Shown one piece after another: positions 13,652-20,668 of a DNA stretch of 25,248 bases. The position numbers and the translations under genes are program-made. Position 1 is the first letter of the stretch; each line of letters begins with the position of its first letter. The notes beneath the pieces are model-generated. The model was given only the letters and a program-made list of their open reading frames with translations. It ran no database searches and was not told the DNA's origin. The stretch comes from a virus (Duplodnaviria; Heunggongvirae; Uroviricota; Caudoviricetes), in IMG/VR virus record IMGVR_UViG_2700989400_000006, positions 1 through 25,248 of that record; one strand, 5' to 3'.

Positions 13652-14895
13652 CCAGCCTCCTGATTCAAAGTCTCGCAAGACATAGCTTTCGTTACTGGGT
13701 ATCGCTTGGTATGCTCTTCGATAATAAAGTCATTAATCAAAAATATTTTATCTTCTAATTGTTTCATGACTTGATCAAAGTCTGCGTCACTGAGTTTTTC
13801 TCTCTCTGCGGATGCAGAGTTGCTTTCTTTGTATAACGCTCTGAATTTTATATTTTTCCCAAGATATTTATCATCGAAACTAAGTTCAAAAGTTATAGTA
13901 TGATTCTTAACTACTGAGGAAAATGACTTCCATCGAATTAAGCTTCGATAAAACCCATCACTGCACAGTTCCTTAATTTGAGGTGCGTTCACTAATGATA
14001 GGCCATCATACGCGGCATTGTTAATGTTAAAAGTTAGGTTTTCATCATCGTCAGATGCCATTTCCTGATTATTAATGTCATCATCATTTTCGTTATCTGT
14101 AGAAGGTGAAATCTTGTTTAATAACTCTTGTGTTTCTTCGTTATTATTTCCTTCGAGATTATCTCCATTAATATCCAGAGATGTTTTTATTCTGCTTACT
14201 CTAACCTTTTCAAGACCAGCATATTCAAGTCCTGTTTTTTTATAATTTCCATCAAAATCATAAAGATGAACAGCAAAAATATTCCTAAGATCTGTATCAA
14301 CGATACTTGATAAATCTATTTCGTTGACAACTATGTTGTTACAAACTGTTGATGAATATGTATCAATTATTTGCTTGAGAATTTCTGAAATGCGTGGCGT
14401 ATAGTTATATCTTACTGAAACATATCCTTTTTTTACTATAAAAACTATACTCCCACTGTACAATTTTTTCTGCTGAAACTTACCCCTTCTAAAATCAAAC
14501 TCAGTATAATCAATAGATATATGATAGGTTTGCAAGCCTGAGTAATGATCAATTTTCTCATGCCCTAGCAACTTGGGTCTATTTTCTTTCACTTTGTTTA
14601 CAACGTCATAGAGTTTCTCTATATCAAATTCTTCATATATACGTTTTACTGAGAAGACGTCTTGGCTGGGTTTGGTTGCCAGTTTATCTTGTACTTCTCT
14701 GATGTGATTATATGAAAATGGCAGGTCTGATAATTTTTCTATCAATACCTCTTTTGATAAGTTAGATGGGAAAATTATCCCTCTATTGAAGGCGATTTTC
14801 CTTAATGTAACATCTGTGATTTTTGCACTGTTAGAGTGGAGGGCGGTATAAATGTCACTTTCGTTTGAAAACAACGTAGCTTGATATTTATTCAT
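13648..14895 (-). CDS. Cassette gene 2: hypothetical protein (415 aa), two domains joined by an acidic Asn/Asp-rich linker
   Basis: This is a track ORF. ATG 14895 has AAGGAG 7 nt upstream and lies 10 nt after the gene 1 stop. The linker covers residues about 241-286 (DINGDNLEGNNNEETQELLNKISPSTDNENDDDINNQEMASDDDENL). I recognise no family, Walker motif or TM segment. Confidence 0.85.
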   Translation of the reverse strand: MNKYQATLFSNESDIYTALHSNSAKITDVTLRKIAFNRGIIFPSNLSKEVLIEKLSDLPFSYNHIREVQDKLATKPSQDVFSVKRIYEEFDIEKLYDVVNKVKENRPKLLGHEKIDHYSGLQTYHISIDYTEFDFRRGKFQQKKLYSGSIVFIVKKGYVSVRYNYTPRISEILKQIIDTYSSTVCNNIVVNEIDLSSIVDTDLRNIFAVHLYDFDGNYKKTGLEYAGLEKVRVSRIKTSLDINGDNLEGNNNEETQELLNKISPSTDNENDDDINNQEMASDDDENLTFNINNAAYDGLSLVNAPQIKELCSDGFYRSLIRWKSFSSVVKNHTITFELSFDDKYLGKNIKFRALYKESNSASAEREKLSDADFDQVMKQLEDKIFLINDFIIEEHTKRYPVTKAMSCETLNQEAG

Positions 14896-14905
14896 GTCAT
14901 ACTCC

Positions 14906-15997
14906 TTATGAAAAGTGACATTTTCTATTCACCTGCTTGCTGGCAACCTGGTACTCAAATATAGATAGCTTTTGATTAACAAAAGGAATGGATACTATTT
15001 TTTCCTTTAACGTTTCTATATGAGATTGAGTGAAAGAATATATTCCTATGTAATCATTAATGGCGGATTGCAAATGAATGCTTGAGTGTGATGAGAACGG
15101 AGTTATAACAAATATTTTGTTAAATTGATTGAGTAATTGATAGTTAAATATATACTCTAAAAGAAATATAAAGTGGTTACTGGAATCAATCTCTTCCTTC
15201 CAGAATATATTCAATATTTTATTTCTTATTCTATCGCCACCATCATTTCTAATATATTCGTGTTCATATGAGTAAAAAATCATCCCAGATGTTATCATTT
15301 CAATTGTGGCTGGAAGGATTTTCCCTTTCGTTGCTATTTTATTATGTTTGTCAGGGTAAAAATATGTACAGTTCTCTATCTCAGGAATTTTTTGCCATAA
15401 CATATTTGTTTCTTGTGTTACTTTGTCAGTAATTCCTCTTCTAGTCTCGATGTGTTCTGTAACATCTAGTAAAAATCTGATCATAGTTGGGTCAAAAACG
15501 GCAATCACAGAGTTCTCTGGAAAATCATAACTTGCTGTGGCTGCTCCATTTAATTTCTCAATTAAATCAGAGTCATATTTATTGTCATGATTATATATAA
15601 AAAGTAGGCCGTTAACTTGATATTTCTCATTTGTGCTGTCAACAAATAGACGCCGCCACTCAGGACTTCTTGGCGCGCAAGCTACCTGTTGTGATAAACT
15701 TCGTACAGTGTTCAATATTGATTTTGTACCGTCAAGCGTGCTGGCACAATAAGATTTTAAATCTGTTTGTATATACTGAGTTATATCTGAATAAGGATCT
15801 TTATATTTGAAGACTACATCCGTAGGATGAGTTTTTTTTGGGTTTTCAGATAAAAGTTGTTTAGCGTTTAGATGAGATCTCAAACAACAGTCCCAACTTA
15901 TATCCGTTGTATTTTGGGTTTTCCAGCCTAACTCATCAAAAATTCTACTGGAAATGATACCTGCAATCTCATCAATATTCTTAGTTTCGCCGCCCAC
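14906..15997 (-). CDS. Cassette gene 1: hypothetical protein (363 aa) with an N-terminal PD-(D/E)xK nuclease-like motif
   Basis: GTG 15997 has GGAGG 4 nt upstream. The arrangement is E22 (IFDELGW), then D60 (HPTDVVFKY), then D79-L-K81 (YIQTDLKSY). This fits the helix, strand(D), strand((D/E)xK) core of restriction-endonuclease-fold enzymes. I recognise nothing in the C-terminal 190 aa or so. Confidence 0.85.
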   Translation of the reverse strand: MGGETKNIDEIAGIISSRIFDELGWKTQNTTDISWDCCLRSHLNAKQLLSENPKKTHPTDVVFKYKDPYSDITQYIQTDLKSYCASTLDGTKSILNTVRSLSQQVACAPRSPEWRRLFVDSTNEKYQVNGLLFIYNHDNKYDSDLIEKLNGAATASYDFPENSVIAVFDPTMIRFLLDVTEHIETRRGITDKVTQETNMLWQKIPEIENCTYFYPDKHNKIATKGKILPATIEMITSGMIFYSYEHEYIRNDGGDRIRNKILNIFWKEEIDSSNHFIFLLEYIFNYQLLNQFNKIFVITPFSSHSSIHLQSAINDYIGIYSFTQSHIETLKEKIVSIPFVNQKLSIFEYQVASKQVNRKCHFS

Positions 15998-16069
15998 GCT
16001 TCCTCCATAGTTCGTTGTTTTATCTAGTGAAGATCTGATTCATGGTTTTCCAAGCCCATGCGCAAAACA

Positions 16070-16098
16070 ATTAATCAAGTAAGAATAATCTTAATCAA
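16070..16098 (-). promoter_or_regulatory. Sigma70-like promoter candidate for the three-gene cassette
   Basis: The minus strand reads TTGATT (16093..16098), a 17-nt spacer, then ATTAAT (16070..16075). It sits in the AT-rich leader about 70 nt upstream of the gene 1 start. Confidence 0.4.
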
Positions 16099-16287
16099 TT
16101 TAATCTTTTTTATTTGAATCATCAAGAGCCCCATTACTGATAGGCATCAGTTGGTGGTATCTCTGCTCAAGCTTCAGTAAAATCTGGTTTGCTACTTCCG
16201 CTCCTGGCACAAAGCGGACAACCGCGCTAGCTCTACCCTGTGCCACAAAATGTCAATTTGCATCTGAACTAATGCACTTTAATCTCG

Positions 16288-16710
16288 TCACTTCAGTAAA
16301 TACCGAACATCCCCCTGATAAAACGACAATATGCGCTGCATAACTTCGCTTTTACGACACTCAGTACAAATCATATTATGACGCCTGTCGTAACGACGTA
16401 TTTCTCCATCAGGTAATGACCAGATAAGGTCCGGATCAACCGCAGATGGTTTCTTCAGCTTTGCCCTTGAGAGCTTTTTACGGGCATTTTGCCAGTCCTT
16501 ACGCGCCTGTTCAGACGGGAATAACCCGTAACCAGAGTTGTATACATCGCCACTGGCAACCAGCTCTCTGGCCAGAACGTTCATCAGATATCTTGTTGCC
16601 CCAGTTTTAGTTTCCAGTTGTCGTAACGTCTCGCGCCCACTCTGGCGTACGAGTTCAACAACCTGCCCTTTAATTTTTTCCCGCTCTTCTTGTGTAAAAA
16701 CTTTTGCCAC
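16288..16710 (-). CDS. Hypothetical protein (140 aa) downstream of the replication gene; basic, possible N-terminal wHTH and C-terminal CxxC
   Basis: This is a track ORF. GTG 16710 has GGAGGG 3-4 nt upstream. The gene occupies the position of a replication accessory gene (the P/DnaC slot) but has no Walker A motif. I recognise no family. Confidence 0.55.
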   Translation of the reverse strand: MAKVFTQEEREKIKGQVVELVRQSGRETLRQLETKTGATRYLMNVLARELVASGDVYNSGYGLFPSEQARKDWQNARKKLSRAKLKKPSAVDPDLIWSLPDGEIRRYDRRHNMICTECRKSEVMQRILSFYQGDVRYLLK

Positions 16711-16750
16711 AAGCCCTCCTGAAAATTACCTCATGACCAGAAATTAACAC

Positions 16751-17821
16751 TTACCCCCTGAAGCCCGGCGGAATTTCGTTATCCGGTTCAGAAATATGAT
16801 TCACACAACGCTGGTTGTTCGTGCCGCTTACCGGGAGCAACCAGGGATTCTCAAAATTCCGGTCCGGTCCAAAAAACGTCGTCGCTCGCTGAACAAATTC
16901 CGTTCCCGTTTTCCCGGTAGCCGCCAAGTATCTTGCGTAACGCCTCACGCCATCCAGCATGGCCTCTGGTGGCACCCCCTCGCGTAATCTGGCCTTCCAG
17001 GCACTGAAAGCGGATTTCTTCGGGTTTGCCCCAGCACGCAACGGGTACTCCCGCCAGACCTGTTCGAACACATCCGGATAATCCACTCGTCCCACAGACT
17101 GCCCGGTGTTTTCCGGGACTACCCGATCGGCTTCCCGCTGAATGGCGGAATCGGCTTCGGGCTGCTGCAGTTGGTGTGATTGCTCCGGTCTTGCGGTCAT
17201 CACCTGCTGCACAGCGCCCGAATCGGCTTTCAGCGCATACGCTGAATCGGCTTCCGGTGTCGTGCCTGCTGGCTGACCAGGATTGACGGTCTGAACATCC
17301 CCTGCCTGGTTCGTGGCGTTTTTTACGCCATGGACCATAGTGTTTTGATCTTCTTGATCTGTATCTTTATCTGTATCTTTATCTGTCGTGACTCGTCGTG
17401 ACATGTGCGTGACATTTCGTGACGCGCCGTGACAATCGCCATTTTGTTCCCGCTTTCTTTCCCTCTCTCGCTGCGCCCTCTTGCGCTCTGCAGGAGATTT
17501 TGCGGTTTGCGAAATATTGCCGTTGTCCTCTTTAAGCACCTGGCGTTTTTCCCATCCAGTGATTAAATCACCATCAAGTACCCGCCCCTGCATCGTCTGC
17601 AAAATTGAATCAATTACCTCTTCTGTCACGTCGAGCGCACTTGCCAAATCTTCTGTCGTGACATCAATGTGACCTCGCGTGACATTTCGTGACGCGCTCA
17701 CCAGGAGGTGGATATACACTGCCATCACTGTTGCAATTGGCTGCCCTGACACCCTGGCAATTGTTCGCCACTTAGGGTCATTTGGCATGTCATGCCATAA
17801 TCTGAGCCAGGCGTTAGCCAT
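16751..17821 (-). CDS. Replication initiator / replisome organiser (YdaU/DUF1376-like N-terminus), containing the putative origin iterons
   Basis: ATG 17821 (MANAWLRLWHDMPNDPKWRTIA...) has GAGG 5 nt upstream. The N-terminal WxxxxxDxKW pattern and the C-terminal FEQVWREYPLRAGANPKKSAFSAWKARL...FFGPDRNFENPW pattern are typical of lambdoid and Rac-type replication proteins as I recall them. Two clusters of phased CGTGAC repeats lie inside the gene. Confidence 0.8.
   Translation of the reverse strand: MANAWLRLWHDMPNDPKWRTIARVSGQPIATVMAVYIHLLVSASRNVTRGHIDVTTEDLASALDVTEEVIDSILQTMQGRVLDGDLITGWEKRQVLKEDNGNISQTAKSPAERKRAQRERERKREQNGDCHGASRNVTHMSRRVTTDKDTDKDTDQEDQNTMVHGVKNATNQAGDVQTVNPGQPAGTTPEADSAYALKADSGAVQQVMTARPEQSHQLQQPEADSAIQREADRVVPENTGQSVGRVDYPDVFEQVWREYPLRAGANPKKSAFSAWKARLREGVPPEAMLDGVRRYARYLAATGKTGTEFVQRATTFFGPDRNFENPWLLPVSGTNNQRCVNHISEPDNEIPPGFRG
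17387..17433. repeat. Iteron cluster 1: five CGTGAC repeats at 10-11 bp spacing, inside the replication gene
   Basis: CGTGAC occurs at 17387, 17397, 17408, 17418 and 17428. A 12-nt tandem repeat atctgtatcttt x2.5 (17357..17386) precedes it. Confidence 0.75.
17657..17693. repeat. Iteron cluster 2: four (C/T)GTGAC repeats at 10-11 bp spacing
   Basis: CGTGAC occurs at 17657, TGTGAC at 17668, and CGTGAC at 17678 and 17688. An inverted copy GTCACG lies at 17625. The 18-mer tgacatttcgtgacgcgc is shared with cluster 1. Confidence 0.7.
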
Positions 17822-17892
17822 ACTCACCTCTTTTGATACCGAATCTTTTTACTCACAAATTGCCGGAAGTGATCCGGTATGAATATTGCGAG

Positions 17893-18318
17893 TCAATGCA
17901 CAGCCACAATATTTCCTGCAGGGCCACCACGATTCATCTGGTTGAAACCAGCGATCGCCACTGCGACAAAATCATCAGCGTCTCTCACCAGTCGTTCCCG
18001 CGTCTCCACTAGTTCCCGAAAATATGCTGAGCTATGACTGCGCATTCGGGCCACCAGCAGAGGTGGCATTGCTTTTTCGATAGCTGGTAACAACGCCTGA
18101 ATTTTTTTAACCGCATCAGGGGTGTCTTTCTCCACCCAGCGGAAAATTTTCTGAGTATTGCGAGCCAGGGCTTCCGGATGGTTGTCGTCATACAGTTCCG
18201 GGAACGTCATTCCCAGCTCGAAATACGCTTTGGTAATTTTCGCAGCCGGTACTTTTTCGCCGTCCGGATGCGCCCAGGCATTCATCGCCATGCGGATGTG
18301 TTCATGCTTGATTTTCAT
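17893..18318 (-). CDS. ydaT: YdaT-like protein (CII-position regulator of Rac-type immunity regions)
   Basis: The protein is 141 aa. It starts MKIKHEHI and ends VAVH, like Rac YdaT as I recall it. Its start overlaps the cro-like stop (ATGA). Confidence 0.65.
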   Translation of the reverse strand: MKIKHEHIRMAMNAWAHPDGEKVPAAKITKAYFELGMTFPELYDDNHPEALARNTQKIFRWVEKDTPDAVKKIQALLPAIEKAMPPLLVARMRSHSSAYFRELVETRERLVRDADDFVAVAIAGFNQMNRGGPAGNIVAVH

Positions 18319-18569
18319 GAATCAACTCCCATCAGCTTTTTCGTAGTAGTTTTATTCCTGCCAATAGTTAAAATTGCATCGGCAGAAAATAATCCGTTTG
18401 ATGCAAGAGCGATTTTTTCAGCGTAATTTGTTTCGCCGGTATATTCTGTGCGAGGCAATTTTCCGTTATCCATCCATTTATAGATTGCTCTTTGGCTGAC
18501 ACCACAAACGTCGGCCACAACAGCAACGCGAACAGTTTTGATTACATCTTCAAGTGTTTTCTGGTTCAT
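18315..18569 (-). CDS. Cro/YdaS/DicC-position HTH regulator (84 aa)
   Basis: The HTH is VADVCGVSQRAIYKWMDNGKLP. The gene is divergent from the repressor gene across a 79-bp operator region. GAGG lies 5 nt upstream of ATG 18569. Confidence 0.75.
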   Translation of the reverse strand: MNQKTLEDVIKTVRVAVVADVCGVSQRAIYKWMDNGKLPRTEYTGETNYAEKIALASNGLFSADAILTIGRNKTTTKKLMGVDS

Positions 18570-18584
18570 ATCACCCTCACAGTG

Positions 18585-18623
18585 TGAACTTTAAGTACAT
18601 GCTATAACAGAACTGACAGTACA
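18585..18623. promoter_or_regulatory. Two 15-bp operator-like imperfect palindromes (consensus TGwACT-N3-AGTACA) in the divergent cro-like/repressor promoter region
   Basis: TGAACTttaAGTACA lies at 18585..18599 and aGAACTgacAGTACA at 18609..18623. They overlap candidate promoters: minus strand TTGAAT-16-TATAGC, plus strand CTGACA-17-TATCAT. Confidence 0.6.
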
Positions 18624-18648
18624 TTCAAGAGCGAATATCATTGAACTT

Positions 18649-19068
18649 ATGGTTCATGAAGATAAAGCGCGTAAAGAGTTCGCCAGTAGGCTTGCGCTAG
18701 CCTGTGAAAACGCTGGTTATGAACAACATGGAAGGCAGGCAGAAATTGCCCGTCGAATGAAATTAACACCAAAAGCGGTTAGCAAATGGTTTAATGGCGA
18801 AACAATTCCTCGCCGGGAGAAATTAAGGGAATTAGCAACACTAATAGGAACAACACCAACCTATCTTTTGGGAGAGGATACAGAAGAAAGTGGACAGGTA
18901 CGTTTCTATCAGGAGTTAAATCCAAGACAAAAAATCATCATTGACCTTCTGGACGAGCTCCCTGACAGTGAGACAGATGAACTTTTAAAAACTCTTGAAG
19001 AGAAAAAACAGAAGTACAATGCAATTTACGAAGAGTTAGCACGAAAGAAAAAACAAAAAGCCTCTTAA
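18649..19068 (+). CDS. Prophage repressor, DicA-like architecture (N-terminal HTH_XRE plus a C-terminal helical tail, no S24 peptidase domain)
   Basis: The protein is 139 aa. The HTH is QAEIARRMKLTPKAVSKWFNGETIP. The tail IIDLLDELPDSETDELLKTLEEKKQKYNAIYEEL parallels DicA LLELFNALPESEQDTQLAEMRARVKNFNKLFEEL from memory. There is no SD before ATG 18649. Confidence 0.8.
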   Translation: MVHEDKARKEFASRLALACENAGYEQHGRQAEIARRMKLTPKAVSKWFNGETIPRREKLRELATLIGTTPTYLLGEDTEESGQVRFYQELNPRQKIIIDLLDELPDSETDELLKTLEEKKQKYNAIYEELARKKKQKAS

Positions 19069-19144
19069 ACCAGCATAAATCCGGTAGCGCCTTCCTCCGG
19101 GTTTGTGCTTCACTTTATCCCATCTCATTTTTTTACACACAAAA

Positions 19145-19187
19145 TGTACTAAAAGTACTTTACAACAATGAACGCAAAGTACATTAT
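19145..19187. promoter_or_regulatory. Two more operator palindromes overlapping a promoter candidate for the ydfA-dicF-dicB operon
   Basis: TGTACTaaaAGTACT lies at 19145..19159 and TGAACGcaaAGTACA at 19169..19183. The promoter candidate is TTTACA (19159..19164), a 17-18 nt spacer, then cATTATA (19182..19188). Confidence 0.55.
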
Positions 19188-19362
19188 ATACCTGCCACCC
19201 ACCCCGCCCCACAGAATGCAGGGTAATACTTCGAGTTACCAGGCAGTGGTCAGGGGTTAAGTAGCCAGCCCGAGGCGTAAGAACATGACGGCAGGGTTCA
19301 ACTTTAACTATGCAGCAGGTTTTTGTTCCGCCACCCCGGCGTTAAGGGGAAATGAGGTCAGC

Positions 19363-19515
19363 ATGGATACTATCGATCTTGGCAACAGCGAATCTCTGGT
19401 ATGTGGCGTGTTCCCCAACCAGGACGGTACGTTCACCGCGATGACATATACCAAAAGCAAAACGTTTAAAACCGAAACTGGCGCGCATCGCTGGTTAGCC
19501 AGAAACACTGACTGA
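19363..19515 (+). CDS. ydfA: DUF1391 protein (Qin YdfA-like, 50 aa)
   Basis: MDTIDLGNSESLVCGVFPNQDGTFTAMTYTKSKTFKTETGAHRWLARNTD closely matches YdfA as I recall it. GAGG lies 5 nt upstream of ATG 19363. The longer track ORF start has no SD. Confidence 0.8.
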   Translation: MDTIDLGNSESLVCGVFPNQDGTFTAMTYTKSKTFKTETGAHRWLARNTD

Positions 19516-19526
19516 TGAGGTTGACT

Positions 19527-19916
19527 ATGGAATTTAAAGAGTTACCAAAAGAAATCCAAGAAATTGCAGCACATACACTTCGTCAACGTCTGAACGAAGT
19601 TGCATTAGAAGCTGAAACGAAAAAAGACATTGATAATATGGCTCGTAATGTGCGCGATGCGTTTACCGGACTGTATTCTGTTTCTGTTGAGGGCAATAAC
19701 ATTCCTGACGAACAGGAAGAGAGTACAGACCCCCACAAATTCTGGAAATCTGTAGAGGTCATTGCAAAAGCCAAACTACTGGAACTTAACAACTTATATC
19801 ATCGTGAGAATGATGGTCGTCAATCTTTGCATCATCAGGGAGTCGCCACCCTGATAGCTCTAACGAAAGAGCAAGGCGAATATCATCCAGTGGCATTAAA
19901 CGACACTGTGAAATAG
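19527..19916 (+). CDS. Hypothetical protein (129 aa)
   Basis: I trimmed the track ORF to ATG 19527 (MEFKELPKEIQ...), which has GAGG 6 nt upstream. The protein is helical and acidic. I recognise no family. It replaces ydfB/ydfC of K-12 Qin. Confidence 0.6.
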   Translation: MEFKELPKEIQEIAAHTLRQRLNEVALEAETKKDIDNMARNVRDAFTGLYSVSVEGNNIPDEQEESTDPHKFWKSVEVIAKAKLLELNNLYHRENDGRQSLHHQGVATLIALTKEQGEYHPVALNDTVK

Positions 19917-20427
19917 TCCATCCATGTTTACGGGATAGATAAAGATATATCGCTTCGAAACCATCGACATGGTTTGGATAGCCTTCCTCAGCAGCAAGGT
20001 TATCCCCAAAACATTCAAGAATATAATTTAAACGCGCTGTTTAATAATGAATCTTCCAGCGAGTCTGATTTAGTTTGCTGACCATTTTAATTTTATCCTC
20101 CATTGAGGTTACTGGTTGAGAATGGAGACCACACGTGACAGCGCGTGGTCGTGCGCCGGACACGGATAAGAATCCGGCACAAACAGTTTACTGAAAGGAT
20201 ATATCCCTGAAAAGTCAGGGCATAACGCGAAAGCGCACGGCGAAGTCATTCCTCCCTTTGTTGTGTACTACTGACATCTTCGTCTGTGCGCTTCCGGTTG
20301 TGGCAATCCGCGAAATGGCGCGGCGGTAAGTATGGCGGGGTTATTCCTTCCCCGTTGAGGACACCGGGTTGTCAGGTTGACCATACGCTTAAGTGGCAAC
20401 CCCGCTGCAACGCCCTCTGTTATCAAT

Positions 20428-20485
20428 TTTCTGGTGACGTTTGGCGGTATCAGTTTTACTCCGTGACTGCTCTGCCGCCCTTTTT
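20428..20485 (+). ncRNA. dicF: DicF small RNA (ftsZ-targeting, Hfq-dependent)
   Basis: tttctggtgacgtttggcggtatcagttttactccgtgactgctctgccgcccttttt matches the E. coli K-12 DicF sequence as I remember it, including the GGCGG...GCCGCC terminator stem and U-run. It lies upstream of dicB, as in Qin. Confidence 0.9.
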
Positions 20486-20668
20486 AAAGTGAATTTTGTG
20501 ATGCGGTGAATGCGGCTCAGCGCACGCGGAACAGTTAAAAAGGCCAGTTGACTTCCGTATTGGTTCTTATGGGTGGGTTCTCTGTATCCGGCGTTAATTA
20601 TTAACTGGTTAACGTCACCTGGAGGCACCAGGCACCGCATCACAAAATTCATTGTTGAGGATGCGATA

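Noticed and set aside
12995-15997. Looked for Walker A/B (P-loop), HNH, TIR, SIR2, reverse-transcriptase YxDD and TM segments in the three cassette proteins, to match them to known defence families such as Lamassu, Hachiman, Gabija, Septu, retrons or Thoeris.
   Set aside because: I found none of these by eye. There is no SMC-like, helicase or ATPase partner, so assignment to those families is not supported. Only the PD-(D/E)xK-like motif in protein 1 is retained.
17357-17433. Short regularly spaced repeats that could superficially suggest a CRISPR-like or minisatellite array.
   Set aside because: The repeat unit is only 6 bp at 10-11 bp spacing (plus a 12-nt coding tandem) and lies inside a replication gene. 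This fits origin iterons and not CRISPR. There are no cas genes, and no repeats of 28-37 bp anywhere in the window.
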